Source: Chrysomallon squamiferum
Lineage: Eukaryota > Animalia > Mollusca
NCBI GenBank assembly: GCA_012295275.1
Contig: CM022671.1
Coordinates: forward strand, 25,420,001-25,484,000
Direction: 5' to 3'
DNA: 64,000 bases
Position numbers and translations under genes: made by a program. Within the stretch, counting starts at the first letter, position 1, and each line of letters begins with the position of its first letter. The notes under the pieces were generated by a model, which saw nothing but the letters and a program-made list of their open reading frames with translations, did not search any database and had not been told where the DNA came from. Below are positions 1 to 13,907 of the stretch, in pieces.

Positions 1-158
1 TATTTGTTAAACAAGGCAGATTTTATTTCAACCAGAATCAGGTTTTACCAGAAATGTATATTTTGAATGAAACATTTTACTCAGAAAATAACAATATCTT
101 ATAACACTTTTAATAATAGTAAGAAGATTAAAAATATAAAAACAGGAAATTATTTTAC

Positions 159-2560
159 CTCTGAGCCTCTTTGTCATCCTTTGGCATGTAATTGGAAATA
201 GAATCCAGAATAAATACTTGACCCCATCTGTAAATAAATGAAGACCTCTTCAATCCATATAAAATACTGTCACTCATATTAGATATCGTAACAGTATCAC
301 ACTATCATAAATAATTATTAATACTTCATACTGCACTGTAAAATAGGAAATAGCACAAAAGTTCTAGCAGCTTCAAGAAATAGGTGCTTTACAGAATGTA
401 TGAAGGAAGTATACAGAATACCTGAAGCATGTGGAAATATATGATATAATTTTTTATTAAATATTATTTGAATAATTTATTTCGTTACTTACTCTGTGCA
501 TTCATTGAGAGCTGTCAGCAGTTTGTTAATGGTGCTGGAATTCATTTCTAACACTTGCTGGGCTGTTGGTGATGCATCAAGAATTTCAGTGATAGCTGCC
601 ACAGCATTAGCCACAACCTGTCAAAAGTCACAAATTAAAATATCTAAACAAATAATTTAATGCATGTGAAAAAAGATAATAAATCAATTATGAAAGACTG
701 TTAATACGAAGCAACAATGGAATAGAGTGTAAATTAAAAATTACTTTTTATTAGTGTTGTACATTTCTTTATTAAGAAAAGAAATAGTAATAATACTATG
801 TGAGTACACTATTCTTACTTAACTGCTTTTCTTTTTTTTAAATTCTTAATTCACAAACACAAATACATGCACAGATACACACATACACACACAATTATCC
901 TTACGTTAAAAAAAAAAAAAAAAAATTATAATAATAATAAAATGAAGTGATAGAGAACACATACTGAGTAAAATTAAGTGGGACATATAAAATTTAAGAT
1001 CAGTAAATATTTTCCAGCAAAATAAAAGTGAACAACACAAACCATGGGATTGGAGTCTGACAACAAATCACGAAGCAGATCCAGAAAACCTTGATCTTCC
1101 ACTAGCTGAGCATTGATGTCATGCAGTTTGGCCACACAAACAGCTGCAGTTTTCCTCACATATGGATCCTCATCTTTCAGACATTTGCGCAGAGGTTCAC
1201 AGAGATATTCAGTGATTTTATCCACACGAATGCAGCCCATAGTTCTAACTGCTAAAGCTCTGATTAAAGGATTGGAATCTTCACAATCCTGTAAAATTTA
1301 AATAAATATAACTACAGAGTGATAGATAATGTGGAATAACTAAACAAGCAAAATTAGTGAAAGTTCATTTTTTTTCTCTTATATGAAAATATCAAAATAG
1401 CATTCCTTATTTTAGTGTTTACAGAAAATGAAGAAAAAATATGAATGAAACACCTGTCCATAAACAATTAATTAAAATCATGAATGGTTCTTTTTGCAAC
1501 ATTTTTTTTTTTCAGATCATATTACTTTGGAATCATATTTCAAAATATTTTTTGATGTTGAATAGTAAATATTATTTTTATAGATGCTTCACAGTGCTTT
1601 TTAATATCACTTCTAATCTTTATTGATTGGGTGACTGTTTTGGTTTGGGGATATTTGTTTCTACAAAATTGCTTTCATGTACTGCAGAAAAAATATTCAG
1701 TCACTTTTTTTTATATATTCAGTTATTTTATCTATCAAACAAAAGAAATCAAAATCAGGATGAATTTGTTAAAATAAAAGATGTTTACAAACCTTGACAA
1801 ACGTGTTCACTGCCATGATAGCCATATCAGGCTGACTTTTGGCATAGTTCATCAGATAAAGATAAACAAGTTTCTTCAACTCAAGATTGTCTGTTTGCAT
1901 ACAGTTAACAACATCTGGAAACAGCGCACTAAAAAAACAAAGAAATGCAATTAGGAATTAAAAACAATAATATATACAAAAATGTTAAAAATATTAAAAA
2001 AACTGATATTTTCCAAATTACAAAGAATTTTCATCTTACAACATAAAAAAGATTTCTTTAATCTGAATTAAGCTTTAAATCAACATGAACAAAATTCATC
2101 AATTTGTTTTTCAGTTAAATAATGTGATTCTGCTTAGAAGGTTTCTGCATCACTGTAGTTTCAAACAGAATCTTTAAATGATCAATTGCAAATTTTAAAA
2201 GTATATTATTAAATATGGCAAATAATAAATATTTTTTTCAAATTTATACATGTAACAATTTGATAATTACTTTTAGCCAGTTATCTAATAACATCCATAA
2301 TACTAGTTACCTGACATCCTTCCCAACAGTCATGCTAGCAATTACTTTTTTCACTGCTTCCTTCTTCTTTTCCTTTTTATCACTGTTAAGTTCAGCTTTC
2401 AACTCGAATATTTCACCTAAATTGCATTGTAAATAAGTTTAGTTTGTACAATGTGTGTATTACTATTTGTTTTTGTAAATGTCAAAAATGAAACTGCTAG
2501 TATTTGTTGTAAATATTTGTTACCTTTCTTGGTGGTAGTGAAATATTTCGAGTCGGTCAT
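159..2560 (-). CDS. AP1B1/AP2B1: AP-1/AP-2 adaptor complex beta subunit (beta-adaptin), N-terminal coding exons; gene continues beyond the left edge
   Basis: Exons 2560-2524 ([13 protein letters not shown]), 2416-2311 ([35 protein letters not shown]), 1928-1793 ([45 protein letters not shown]), 1288-1043 ([32 protein letters not shown]...DSNPM), 617-493 (VVANAVAA...ALNECTE), 227-159 (WGQVFILD...EAQS). All GT-AG and frame-continuous; recognisably the beta-adaptin N-terminus. Many invertebrates have one shared beta1/beta2 gene, so the subtype is not assigned. Confidence 0.97.
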
Positions 2561-2952
2561 TTTGGAAGCCAGCTTTGCTGATTACTGAAATAAACAATAG
2601 TGAAAGAAGGAATTATTATACAAGATATATTCATATGCATGTTACATTAAAAAATAAATAATAATATTAATAATCTGTAAGAATAAGCAACTGATCTTAA
2701 ATCATTAATGTGTATTAAAATTCAGAATCACATCAAATTCATATTTTTCTGGATTCATTATCCATTCAAATTTGTATCTATTTATATATATACACATGTA
2801 ACCATACACACACACACACAAAAAAAAACATTTATTGCAGCCAATTTTTTTTTTTGGGGGGGTTGTTATTTTAAAATAAACAACATGTTAACATTTTATT
2901 ATTATACAGAGAAAATTTTTAAAATGTACTAATTTCAAAAAGAAATACTTAC

Positions 2953-3034
2953 CTCTGTGACCTATCTAAGTGAAAAAAAATGATTTATTTCTCAGATATT
3001 CTTCAATATCAACAACAACAAAATTCAGGAATTT
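2953..3034 (-). other. Probable 5'-UTR exon of the beta-adaptin gene
   Basis: On the - strand: acceptor catttttcctttcag ending at 3035 and perfect donor AG|GTAAGT at 2953/2952. Further candidate first-exon donors at 4061/4060 (CG|GTATGT) and 4253/4252 (TG|GTAAGA). Confidence 0.6.
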
Positions 3035-3748
3035 CTGAAAGGAAAAATGTCATAATTATGTCCACATTTAAAATGATTTTAGACAAATATAATACTTGTA
3101 ATTTTAGTTTAGTTATTGTTATGCTGTTATTAAATATTTAAAAAATGAAAAATAATTCTTAACCAAAATGAAGGCAATCATAAGACCCAAGAAATTAAAA
3201 CTCCAAAATACTGCAATATACTTATATTGAATTCATTTTTTAAAAATAATATTACCAATACAGATTTTTCCACTAAATATACCAGAAAAAATCTTTACAT
3301 AAAAAAAAAAATAACTTCTAAATTTGAGAAAATTGATTTCTTTAAAATGTACTGAAGTTCATTTAAAATTTAGTTCACAAATCAGATACAATTACAAATT
3401 TTATCATCACACACTGAATTTGTAAGTGATTATTAATTTCTGAATGATTCATGTTACAAATATAAAAATATATCCTGTAAATAATATATACTTAATCTCA
3501 CTTATAGATCTTTTAAATTATTAATACAGTAATTTAAAAGGAAAGATGTTATTTGAGTTTATTAAGTCACAAGTAATAAAGATACTAATCTGCTTCTAAC
3601 AACCAAATTATTATATTATTACTGTGGCCTGCAGTATGACTTTACACTACAGGTTTATGTATAGTTTTTGTTAGTAGATAAAATCTTTAAGAGAATGAAT
3701 TTAGATTTCTTCTGTAAATGAATTATTGTTGGTACAGATAAAATTACA

Positions 3749-3788
<40 letters not shown>

Positions 3789-3989
3789 GATACAATGAAT
3801 GTTCACAAGAAGTATGAAAACGTTTTTAAAAGCAAAAACATAAATAATTTTGAAGGGGGTGTGGTTAGATTATTTTCTTAGTATAGATGTTCATACAAAT
3901 TGTCTGCAATAGTTAAAGTAACGACTATTAATCTATTTTTATATTAATGATATGTTTAATATTTTATGCTACAGGAGAACTCTAATATA

Positions 3990-4490
3990 TCTGCGGTGTA
4001 TAAGGTTTTAACTGCAGAATATATATTGCAGACGATACAAATACGTGTTCCAAAACATACCGTATCTTCCGGAAGTAATCGGTGAAAGTATATCGCGGTT
4101 GTCACCGGTTTGTGTGTAAAGACTATACGTTATGCGGGGCTTCTGAATTATAATATCAAACTTAACATACAGTTATTATTGTAAATAAAACTATAATATA
4201 GAAATTAAACCAAATAATAAATCGATGATTACGATTAATCAAGGATTCTTACCACCAATGTTCAGAAATAAACAATGACCTTAACCTTTACAAAAAACAC
4301 AAGGAAGTGGTGAACTTTAACCTTTATTGTGCCACTGAGTTTCACTATCAGCAGTCACAGAAAATTTGTCATCGTGACAGCAGGAATGATGAGATTTTCA
4401 AAATACAGTGTAATATTTATTATGCTATTTTATGCAGCTTCAGTTCTGAATTTGTTAAAACTGCGTGCAAACTTCTGATATATTGAACAA
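3990..4490. promoter_or_regulatory. Bidirectional promoter region between beta-adaptin and PEX12
   Basis: Local CpG cluster inside otherwise CpG-poor DNA; ETS-type palindrome CTTCCGGAAG(T) 4066-4076 and AGGAAGTG 4302-4309; divergent splice donors on both strands (- at 4060 and 4252; + CAA|GTAGGC at 4490/4491). Confidence 0.65.
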
Positions 4491-4766
4491 GTAGGCCTAA
4501 TTCTATATAATATATTATATAGTATATACTAAAATCTAAAAAAGCAGTTTACTTTAGTTTTCCATAGTTATTACCAGATTGATGCAGAGTGATGGTATAA
4601 TTCCTTTCAGTACATAATATATATTCTCAATTCTTTGTTTGATCAAACATGTTTTGGGAATTAAGTGGGCTTTTTTTGGACCCTTGATAGAAACTTTAGA
4701 CCAAGTCTCCCTAGTTGCTGTTATTGTGTCTTATTACTATTACTACTGCCACTACTACTACTAAAA

Positions 4767-4815
<49 letters not shown>

Positions 4816-4859
4816 TAAATCGTTTCTTCTGCAGAAATGATAGAAAAAACACGTGGAAT

Positions 4860-7800
4860 ATGGCTGAACATGGTGCCCACCTCACATCTGCCTTCACAGC
4901 AGATATTCCAACAATTTTTGAGGTTCTTGCTCAGGACAGTTTGATGTCAATCATCCGGCCAGCAGTTAAACATGCTGTCAGGGTACTGCATTCAACTAAC
5001 TGATTACATTTTAACCATTTATCTGTTAAAACATAATACATCAAAATAAAATAGTAATTTAGTGGTGAGCATTTAAAAGTAATTTATAAAACAACTTCAT
5101 TATGTAATGTTCATGTTACAGTATCTATTGCCAGTTAAGTGTTATAATTTACCTCTTTATAACTAATTATATATAATATGATAGGTGTGATAGATGTCTT
5201 TGCACCCATTTGTCTTCTGCCCATCCAAGGTACTGCCCAGTGACTGATTATCACAAAGTAGAGCATGTATTTTCCTGTCTGTGGGAAGGGAAATATTGAA
5301 GATTCTTAACTGTCAATGGGAAAAAAAGTAGATATAACTCTTAAGATGATAAAATGTCAGATATAACACTGTTTAATGACCAGCAGCCAATGATTGAAAA
5401 TATAGAATCTGACCTTAAAAATGTTTTTCTCCCATACAATACAAGCTTAAAAAACCCAGTGCTTTCTTAGGTCATGTAAAAACTTTTTCCATTTTCAGGT
5501 TTTGGCTGAAAGTCGACCAGTGAAATTTGGGTGGCTGCTGCAGTATTTTGATGAGCTGTATTGTGTTTTGAATTTTACTGTGCAGAAATACTATTTACAG
5601 AAATATGGTAATTCATACAATGAATATAAGTATTCTGTTAATAGTGGTATTTCCAGTAAATGTAAATGATGTATACACTTAGAATTTTGTTTTCAGTATT
5701 TCTTCCTGATACTGATATGGTTAGTCACCTAAGAAGAAATCTTTAATTATGAAATAAAAAAAGCAAGAAATAAGTAATGAAAAGAAAGTAGTAAATATAA
5801 TGTTTTATGCTTTGAGATTTTTAATCAGTCAAATTCTCTTTATAGCTAGCTCATATAATTGTGTAAAATTTGAAAATATTTTAAAGTACAAATTCCAGTT
5901 ATTTACCAGGTAGAAAATTTTAGAATTTCATAATAAGGGTTGATAATTTAATCTTTAAAAATAAAATAATTTTATTTAAATGTCTTTATTTTTTTTCCTT
6001 TTACCATCCTAAAATGTGTTGCTCTTTCTGTAAAGATTAGCAAGGATATATCTAGGCATTTTCTAAAGTATAAATGACTTCTATAGTTGTAATTTTGTCT
6101 CAACTTTATTCTTTCCTTGTTGTAGGTGCCTCATTTGCAGAAAACTTTTATGATCTGAAAAGGATTCCTTTAAATTCTTCTTCATTTTCTGGTTCTTTGC
6201 CAAGAAAACAGCAGTGGATGTCATTATTATGCTTGGTTTGTAATAACACATTATTCAGTTTTATGGTTAAATTTGTGTATCTTTCTTTAGATGCATTTTA
6301 ATATATGTTCTCCTTTTGCATAAATATTGATAACTGCTTTAAAGGTCCCAGACAGATCTTTGACTCATTTTGAAATTTTCACTTGAAAATTATTTCACAG
6401 CATTTTCAACATGAATATAGCTATTAATGTGTTATTATAAATTTTAAAATGTACAGGAATACAAGATATGGGACAAAATGTAGTGAACTGCTGTGTGCTA
6501 TTACAAGTGTTTGTGTCTGAATATTTGTTTGTGTGCAGAGATAAATTCTGTTACTTACATCAGAATGAATGAATATTTATCATATTTATAATATTTTACC
6601 AAACTATTTATTATTATTTTACAGGTGTTGATACCGTATGTGAAAACTAAATTAGACCAAATATTTGAAGATTTAAAACGTACAACTGGGGCAAGTGGTA
6701 GGATTGATTCGAGGGTAAACATTAATAGCTACATCAATTACCATAAAGTCAACAAACATTATTTAACTTTATTTTATAGACATTATTATGATGATAAAAG
6801 ATTTTAAAACCATATTTGTTACAATAATTGTAATATCCAGAATCTTTTATAATCAAATAGGTAATAATTGTTTTGTTTTTTTCTTGAAGCAATAATTTGA
6901 AAATATTTGAAGTAGCAAGGAATAATTATGATGTTACAAATAATATATAAAAGCAAGGGCTATAACTAAGACAATCACAAACTTTTGAAACATCAGTTAT
7001 CTTTCCCTTAAAAAATATTAGTTACATTCATGCAGACAAATATAATTTATGATATACTAATAAACTGTTATTAGTAGGTTCCTTAATATTTATTAAAATC
7101 ATCTTTCTTCTTTTATTAATTTTAAAACGAATCATTATTTTAATTACAGCATAATCCTGCATTTAGGAAGTTTCTTCGGGTGTTTCTCTCTGTCTACCCA
7201 TATGTTCACATGACATGGGAGGGAGCATGTCTCTGGTACCAGTTGGCCTTCATGTTTGGTAATGGACGTCTGCACTCACCTCTTCTTCATCTGTCTGGCA
7301 CAGAACTGAGGCGACTCACAGAAGATGATTTGAAAATTGAAAAAGTTAAAACTAGTCTGTTATGGAAAAATGCAAGGTTAATAATATGATTATTTTAAAT
7401 TATGTTAAATTATTTATTTATTTATTTTTGAAATTATTTTATTTTTATTTTCTTTATTTATTTTTGAAATTATTTTTATTTTTATTTTTTTCTTTATTTA
7501 TTTTTTATTTTCTTTATTTATTTTTGAAATTATTTTATTTTCTATTTTTTTCTTTATTTATTTTTTATTTTTTTTATTTATTTCATTTCATTATTTTTTT
7601 TATAATGGAAAATGCTAAGAGTGCAGGTTTCTTTTTTTTAATTTTGATTTTCAAAAATATGTATTATTAGAATGGTGGAATTGCTGAATCTATAATTTTT
7701 ATTAGAAATTGAATAATCTCTATATTTAAAAAATTATTAACTTCTTTTTTGGAAAATTATTTTATTATTGTTTCTAGATTAAAAATACTGGTAAAACATC

Positions 7801-9120
7801 AGGTGTTCCTAAATAAGTATTCATAGTTAAAAATAACATCTGTAACAGATTACTTTAAATACTTTAAATTCAGAAATTACCTTCTTATAGTGCCTAAATT
7901 ATTTATTTAAATGTAAAGTTTCTATTTTTATATATTTATCAATAGCTTTTCTCAGAGGGTTGCCATGGTAATAAGGAAGTCCCTGGGAGCTGCAGCTGTA
8001 ACATTATCAACAAGTCTTTCTGTTGGGGTATTTTTTCTACAGTTTCTTGACTGGTGGTATGCTAGTGATACAAATGCTCCTTCATTGACAGCAATGCCAA
8101 TCCCAGATCCTCCCCAGGTTTGTGTTTTAAAAAATTTAGGTAAAAGTCTCCTTAAATACTAGTTTTAAAAATTGATCAAAGGTCTAATAAAAACCTGCTC
8201 ATTCCCATTTATTTGAAAGGAAACAAAATAAGAAATGCAAATGTTAGAAATGATTTTAAGAATTGCATTTATAAAAAATAATGGATAATATAATAAAATA
8301 ACCACAGTAACAAGAAATATATTTTATGGTTCAGAAATTTTATTTTGTTAAATAAAAATAAAGGGCTTATCTATATATATCTGTATCTATATACACCACA
8401 TACACTTCACTATTTTTTAGACCAACCTTTACTTGTTGCAGTTTATGATATACTAATAACATTATGATGCATATGTACTGGCACTGACATTTTTACACTT
8501 TACTGGTGCACTATTTTAAAACATGGAAATGTATGGAAATTGCAATTAAATTTGTTATTAAATTCCTTTAATTGATAACAAATGCATTTAAAATTTTATT
8601 CCTTCACATTTCAGTTTGACAATGTACAACACGAACCTTTTATTTGTCCTCTGTGTGGGAGAACAAGAACAAATGATACTGCTCTTAGTGTTTCAGGGTA
8701 ATGTTTTTTGTTTTTGTTTTTTTAAATTATCAGGAATTATTATTCATACAGAATGCTGAAGAGTTATTTATTTGTTTTAAAATATTGTATTAACTGTAAG
8801 TAAAGAAATGTTATTAAAATGAAATAATGTTGAATAGATGAGCTACATTTCCTTTTATCTTTTTATATTGCTCTAAAAATTTTAAACTATTTTCGAAATT
8901 GCAACATAAATGCAACACTATCTATCATTTATTCACAAGAAAGAAATTATTTGTCTGCAAATTTTATGTCACAAATAGTTAGGGTTTTTTTTCCTTCTCT
9001 TTCAGATATGTCTTTTGTTATCCCTGTATCCACGGTTACATACAAAAACATGGCTGTTGTCCTGTGACTGGCTTTCCAGCACAGACAGATCACATGATTA
9101 AACTGTATCCTCCAGATTAG
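4860..9120 (+). CDS. PEX12: Peroxisome assembly protein 12 (peroxin-12, RING-type), 342 aa, 8 coding exons
   Basis: Exons 4860-4982, 5499-5607, 6126-6235, 6625-6714, 7150-7376, 7946-8117, 8615-8697, 9006-9120 (1029 nt, all GT-AG, frame-continuous). Hallmarks: [49 protein letters not shown], and the C-terminal [30 protein letters not shown]...CCPVTG. Confidence 0.97.
5182..5405 (+). mobile_element. Degraded SINE remnant (Nin/Deu-domain-like) in the first coding-region intron of PEX12
   Basis: CCTGTCTGTGGGAAGGGAAATATTGAAGATTC (5274-5305) and flanks resemble, from memory, the conserved central Nin-DC domain of mollusc tRNA-derived SINEs; related antisense remnants near 42325-42810 and 48940-49045. 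Not confirmed by alignment. Confidence 0.5.
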
Positions 9121-9444
9121 TAGCACACAGAATTAGACCACGTCTTTCAGATGAATTGTTCTTTAAGAAATTAACCAGAACTAGAAAACAACTCAACAAA
9201 CACCATACTGAATAGAAATAAAATTTCTGTGGCAGTCTCCAGGATAGTTTCAGGCGATGTGTGTCTTGTGAAGACCACTGACAGACTTGACACCTAACAT
9301 AGACAGTGGATTTGCATCAGAAGGGAACAAAATGTACTGCAAAGAATACTCAGTAATTTCCTACATTTAATATAGATATAACTGTATTAAAATCTGAACA
9401 TGAAGACAAATGTTTTGAGCAAGGTCTTTTACCTGTATATTAAT

Positions 9445-9765
9445 GTTGGATACTGATAATATAAATCATAGCATATCAGTGTCAGATTCTGATATGAATA
9501 AAGACAATAATATAACCAGTGTCAGATTCCTATATGAATATAAACCATAACATCCCTTGTAAAGAGTATGTTAAGAATACACACAATGATATACCATTGT
9601 CATGTTCTGATAAAAATATAAACCATAACCAATGTCTGATTCTGATGTGAACATAATTTGATGTCAGATTTGTATGTCAGTAGCATACTGGTATTGGATT
9701 CTGACAAGAAGATAAACCATAGCATACTAGTTTCAGATTCTGAAAATATAAACCATAACATACCA
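9445..9765 (+). repeat. Degenerate ~40-bp tandem repeat downstream of the PEX12 stop (probable 3' UTR)
   Basis: Recurrent unit approximately ATATAAACCATAGCATACCAGTGTCAGATTCTGATATGA, about 7-8 diverged copies. Confidence 0.75.
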
Positions 9766-12105
9766 AATATTTTGCACTAGTAGATAAAAAAAAAGAAATC
9801 ACTTTTATGTTGTCTAGAACTAAACTTCTAACTGATCTTTAAATAATGTTTTAGGCAGACAGACGTGTTTTATGTAACAACCTTGCTTCATATAATTTAT
9901 TACTGATCACAACTCCAAAAATTAAGAAATTAACAAACAACAATAACAGAACAGTAATTAGTAGTTTAATGATTAATAAAGTTGTCAGTGTGCATTATGT
10001 AACCAGGCAAAGTGAATGTATGAAAAAATTCACAGTCTTGAGGTCCACTGAATATACACATACATGCATACATGCACACATATTATAATACATTTTTCTC
10101 TTCTTTTTTTTTCTTCCCATGAAATTTTGGCGTTTGATTAAAACTGCCAGTAAAATAAAAAAATTATGGACCGGAATATCGAATCATTTCGTGCAGAACA
10201 ACAACAACAAAAAAACATGTCACGAAGCAGTGCAAACAAGTTCAGATTAATACTATTTTATTTTTTAATTCGTTTTCAGACGACTGATTTTAATCGAATT
10301 TTTATCTCACATTCAGTTTTCGGGGAAAAGAAACTACATTAAAAAAAAAAAAAAAAACAACCAAAACACAGTTATTAGTTTAGTTAACTAAACAGTTACC
10401 AGGTACAGTTATTAGTAATTGGCGTCTGACAGTGCGTTTTGATTACTACAAATTAATTGGCGCCATTAAGGTTTATCGTTTTATGCTATTTCCTCTACGC
10501 TATTGTGAATCAGGGCCCCGTGAACATTTTAATGTGGTTTAAAGAAAGAAGTCGTCTATAGGAAACATTCACATTAACTTTGTGGAAATTAGTTCTTTGC
10601 GAGAAATGATGTTATTTCTTTAGTAAGAAAGATTAGTAAGTTGGAGCATTTGAAACCCATTCATGAGTAAATATTGGAAAATTTAATTTCTAATTTTATT
10701 AATCGTTTTAGATAATTATTTTTGCATAGGATCAGAATAGGAATTTGTAATCGGAGCTTAAAAGTGATTTTCAAATAAACTCTGTTAATATAATGTGAAG
10801 AATTCGCCCTTTTACGATTTTAAAAAAAAAAAAAAAAAAAAATTTTTCTTATATATTATTATTATTATTATTATTAATTTATTTAGATCATTATTTTTTT
10901 TATTACTTTTATTGTTATTTTTTTTAATGGTTTTATTAATGCTAAATTTTGTGCTTTAGTATACCATAAAAAATTTGTAACATGAGTTCGCTACTTCAGT
11001 TTTATTTTATTATTATTTTTTCATGAGTTCGCTTTTATCTCGTTTATTTCAAAGTTCAGACTTTCAAAATGAGTGTTAAATAGTGTTTTGTTGATTGTTT
11101 GTTTTTTCTTCAAGAAAAACTTAACTCAACAACTCTGGAGTCATGGGGTGTTTTTAATTTACTGCCAATATTTTAAAACTTTTTAAATATTCTTTTTAAA
11201 TTTCGAACTCGTGTAAGTTAATAGATTTTTTTTGACATTGGTGGCTGTATTGATTTTTATTTTGTATTATAGAATGGTTATTGTACGAATTGCCACGAAC
11301 ACGTACTGAAACTAATAATAATAATAATAATAAACAACTGAAGACGAAAAAACTCAAATTACAGAGCATTTGAAATACGTTTGTCGACATGTATCTTTCA
11401 GTTACAGCAAATTGTTTTATTTTCGGTTAACCAATATCCGACGATTAATTTACAGAAAACCACGATAAGAGAGAGCATTGAGGTATATTCAGTTCGAACC
11501 AGTACGACATGTTTAATTCCTTTAAAAAAAATAATTTTCCTTTAAAAAAGATAATAATTTAATGCTCTTGACTATATATATATTTTTTTTTTTAAAAAGG
11601 AAGGTATATATATATATTCAATTATTTTTTAAAAATTATTTATTATTATTATATTTTTTTTAATTTATTATTATTGCAACCCCGCACTAGATAAGAGTGT
11701 AATAAAATATTTAATTTAATTTCATTTTGTTTAGAGAATTAGTTCGAATACTCGACTTGAATATTTTAAGTGCTAGCTACGACGTTATCGGTAAGTACCA
11801 CAACAAGCAGCGCCTGTTCGCGACATATCCAGGCGAGAACCGATGTTTGTTATTCTTCTTTGTATTGAATTTGATTACTGATTTATCTCCGTTAGGTGCA
11901 GACGGCTCGGTAAAATGATCAAAAGAGGAGATTAGAAGATAATCTCTCGATTCCCATTATCCCTAATCCGCATATCTCACCCACCACTCCATAGAAACAC
12001 ATAAATATATTTGAAATGTGTGTACATATGCATTTTATATTAAATATGGTAATAATACTAAAGCGTAATCATACAAATCCAGTCTCTCTCCTCCCCTCAA
12101 AACAC

Positions 12106-12164
<59 letters not shown>

Positions 12165-12466
12165 ATGTACACAATATAACTCCCATTACTCTGTACTTTT
12201 ATTTTATTATGTTACATGTATGGAAAAAAATCATTCAAAGATTTGAAATGAAATACCATAAACATACATGCATTTTGCCTTTCTCTCCTTCAAACAAACA
12301 CACACAAGTGCATAAAATAAAAGCCTACACTAACATCAATTATTTTCAAAGCATCATGAGACCATTAAATTCAATACCTTTTTTTTTCCTACCCCAAAAC
12401 TCGGATCTCCAAAATGTCAGTTATGACACGGATATAAAATAAAATGAAATACCGGTGAGGAATATA

Positions 12467-12500
<34 letters not shown>

Positions 12501-13034
12501 CGCTGTTTGCGGAACACTGTTTTGATACTGGCATTAAACGGAGAGCATGGCGCGTCAAGGGTGAATTAACGGTTCTTCTGGCGTTCAACTGTCATGCGAC
12601 AACGATTACTGATGGCCTCCAGGACTCGCGTGTAATGATCTATATCGGGTTATCGAGAGATCTCAATCACTCGGTCTCAGTGTCTTGACAACTCAAAGAG
12701 TGTAAACGTGTTTCGACTTTCGTTTTATCAGCTTTAAATCAAACGTCTTTCGAGCATGATATTGGATTGGTTTATTTCAACAACAACAAAAAAAAAAAAA
12801 AAATAATAATAATAATAATAAAAGAAGAAGAAATCAATTATTCTTTGCCTGATGAATTATTTACGTGTTTGTGATTGTTGTACAATATCGTGTTGTTCTG
12901 ACTGTAAAATGTATTTAAAATCTTGGCGAAGTGCGCAAAACACGGAATTAGTTTAAATTGGAATTTGATGGAAGACATTTTGTGACAAGTACATTAGCGT
13001 CGAATATTTCCCGACTCTATTTCAGTAAACAAAT

Positions 13035-13907
13035 ATGTCTGTAGATAGTGTGTGTTTTGTTGTAGAAGAAAGAAAGAAGGCAATCACAAAATGTTCAGGC
13101 ACTAAAAAATCGCTATATATTTCTGGGAACGTTATACCAAATTTTTCATCCCACGGTGAAAACCGAAAATCCTACCAGCATCCGCGAGACAATAAACGAA
13201 AAATCTGTTTCCTTGATTCTCCGTTGATGCTTCTGCCACGGGCACAGATTCGGGAAAATTATGGTGTGAATAATATTAACAGACTGGTCACAGTAATTCC
13301 TGACGATGGACTGCAAGACATTCAACTCTCAACCATTTCGGTGTCTGACTGGATGGAAAAGACGCTTTTAAATAAATCCTTTAGTAAAAATGCAGATATA
13401 CGATCAGAATTTGACGGTCGGATTACAAGACCCAATACGGCATCAAATCTTCGATCTCGGGTCAGTATCTCTGACAGCGGATATAGTTCTATGAAAAGAA
13501 GTGTGACTTTCGAAAATATAACTCATGTTTACAGATCTCCGGTGGAATCAAATGACTATTACACCGGTACTCCGACGCCATCTCCTGTACCGACAGATCA
13601 CAAACCTGACGAATATCACTCTGAATTAGCTGTCCATGACTGTGATGATAATTATGACGATTCTGATGATGATTATGGCGTCGATAATGAAAAGAGATAC
13701 GATAATTTACCAGTGTATTTTGACACGTATGGTGACGACAAACCAGTTTTTAACGATAGCCGATCTTCTACAAGAACTGACTTACTGGACCAAACAAATA
13801 CGAGTGAAAAAGAATTAGCACTGAATTCTGGAACTTGGTCAAGAGTTGACAGATACTTTGGTGACACTAAAGCTTTGATAGACTGGATATTTTTACAGTG
13901 GCACAAG
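13035..13907 (+). CDS. Large orphan coding exon V1 (291 aa, Ser/Asp-rich, probably disordered); candidate alternative first coding exon of the downstream gene
   Basis: Non-repetitive 303-codon ORF, in-frame TAA at 13026 just before the ATG, phase-0 donor AAG|GTTAGT at 13907/13908. No family recognised. Could instead be an independent gene ending at 13946. Confidence 0.7.

Noticed and set aside
7959-7972. Near-perfect RFX X-box GTTGCCATGGTAAT
   Set aside because: Lies inside a PEX12 coding exon (VAMVI) and is explained by codons; no promoter nearby.
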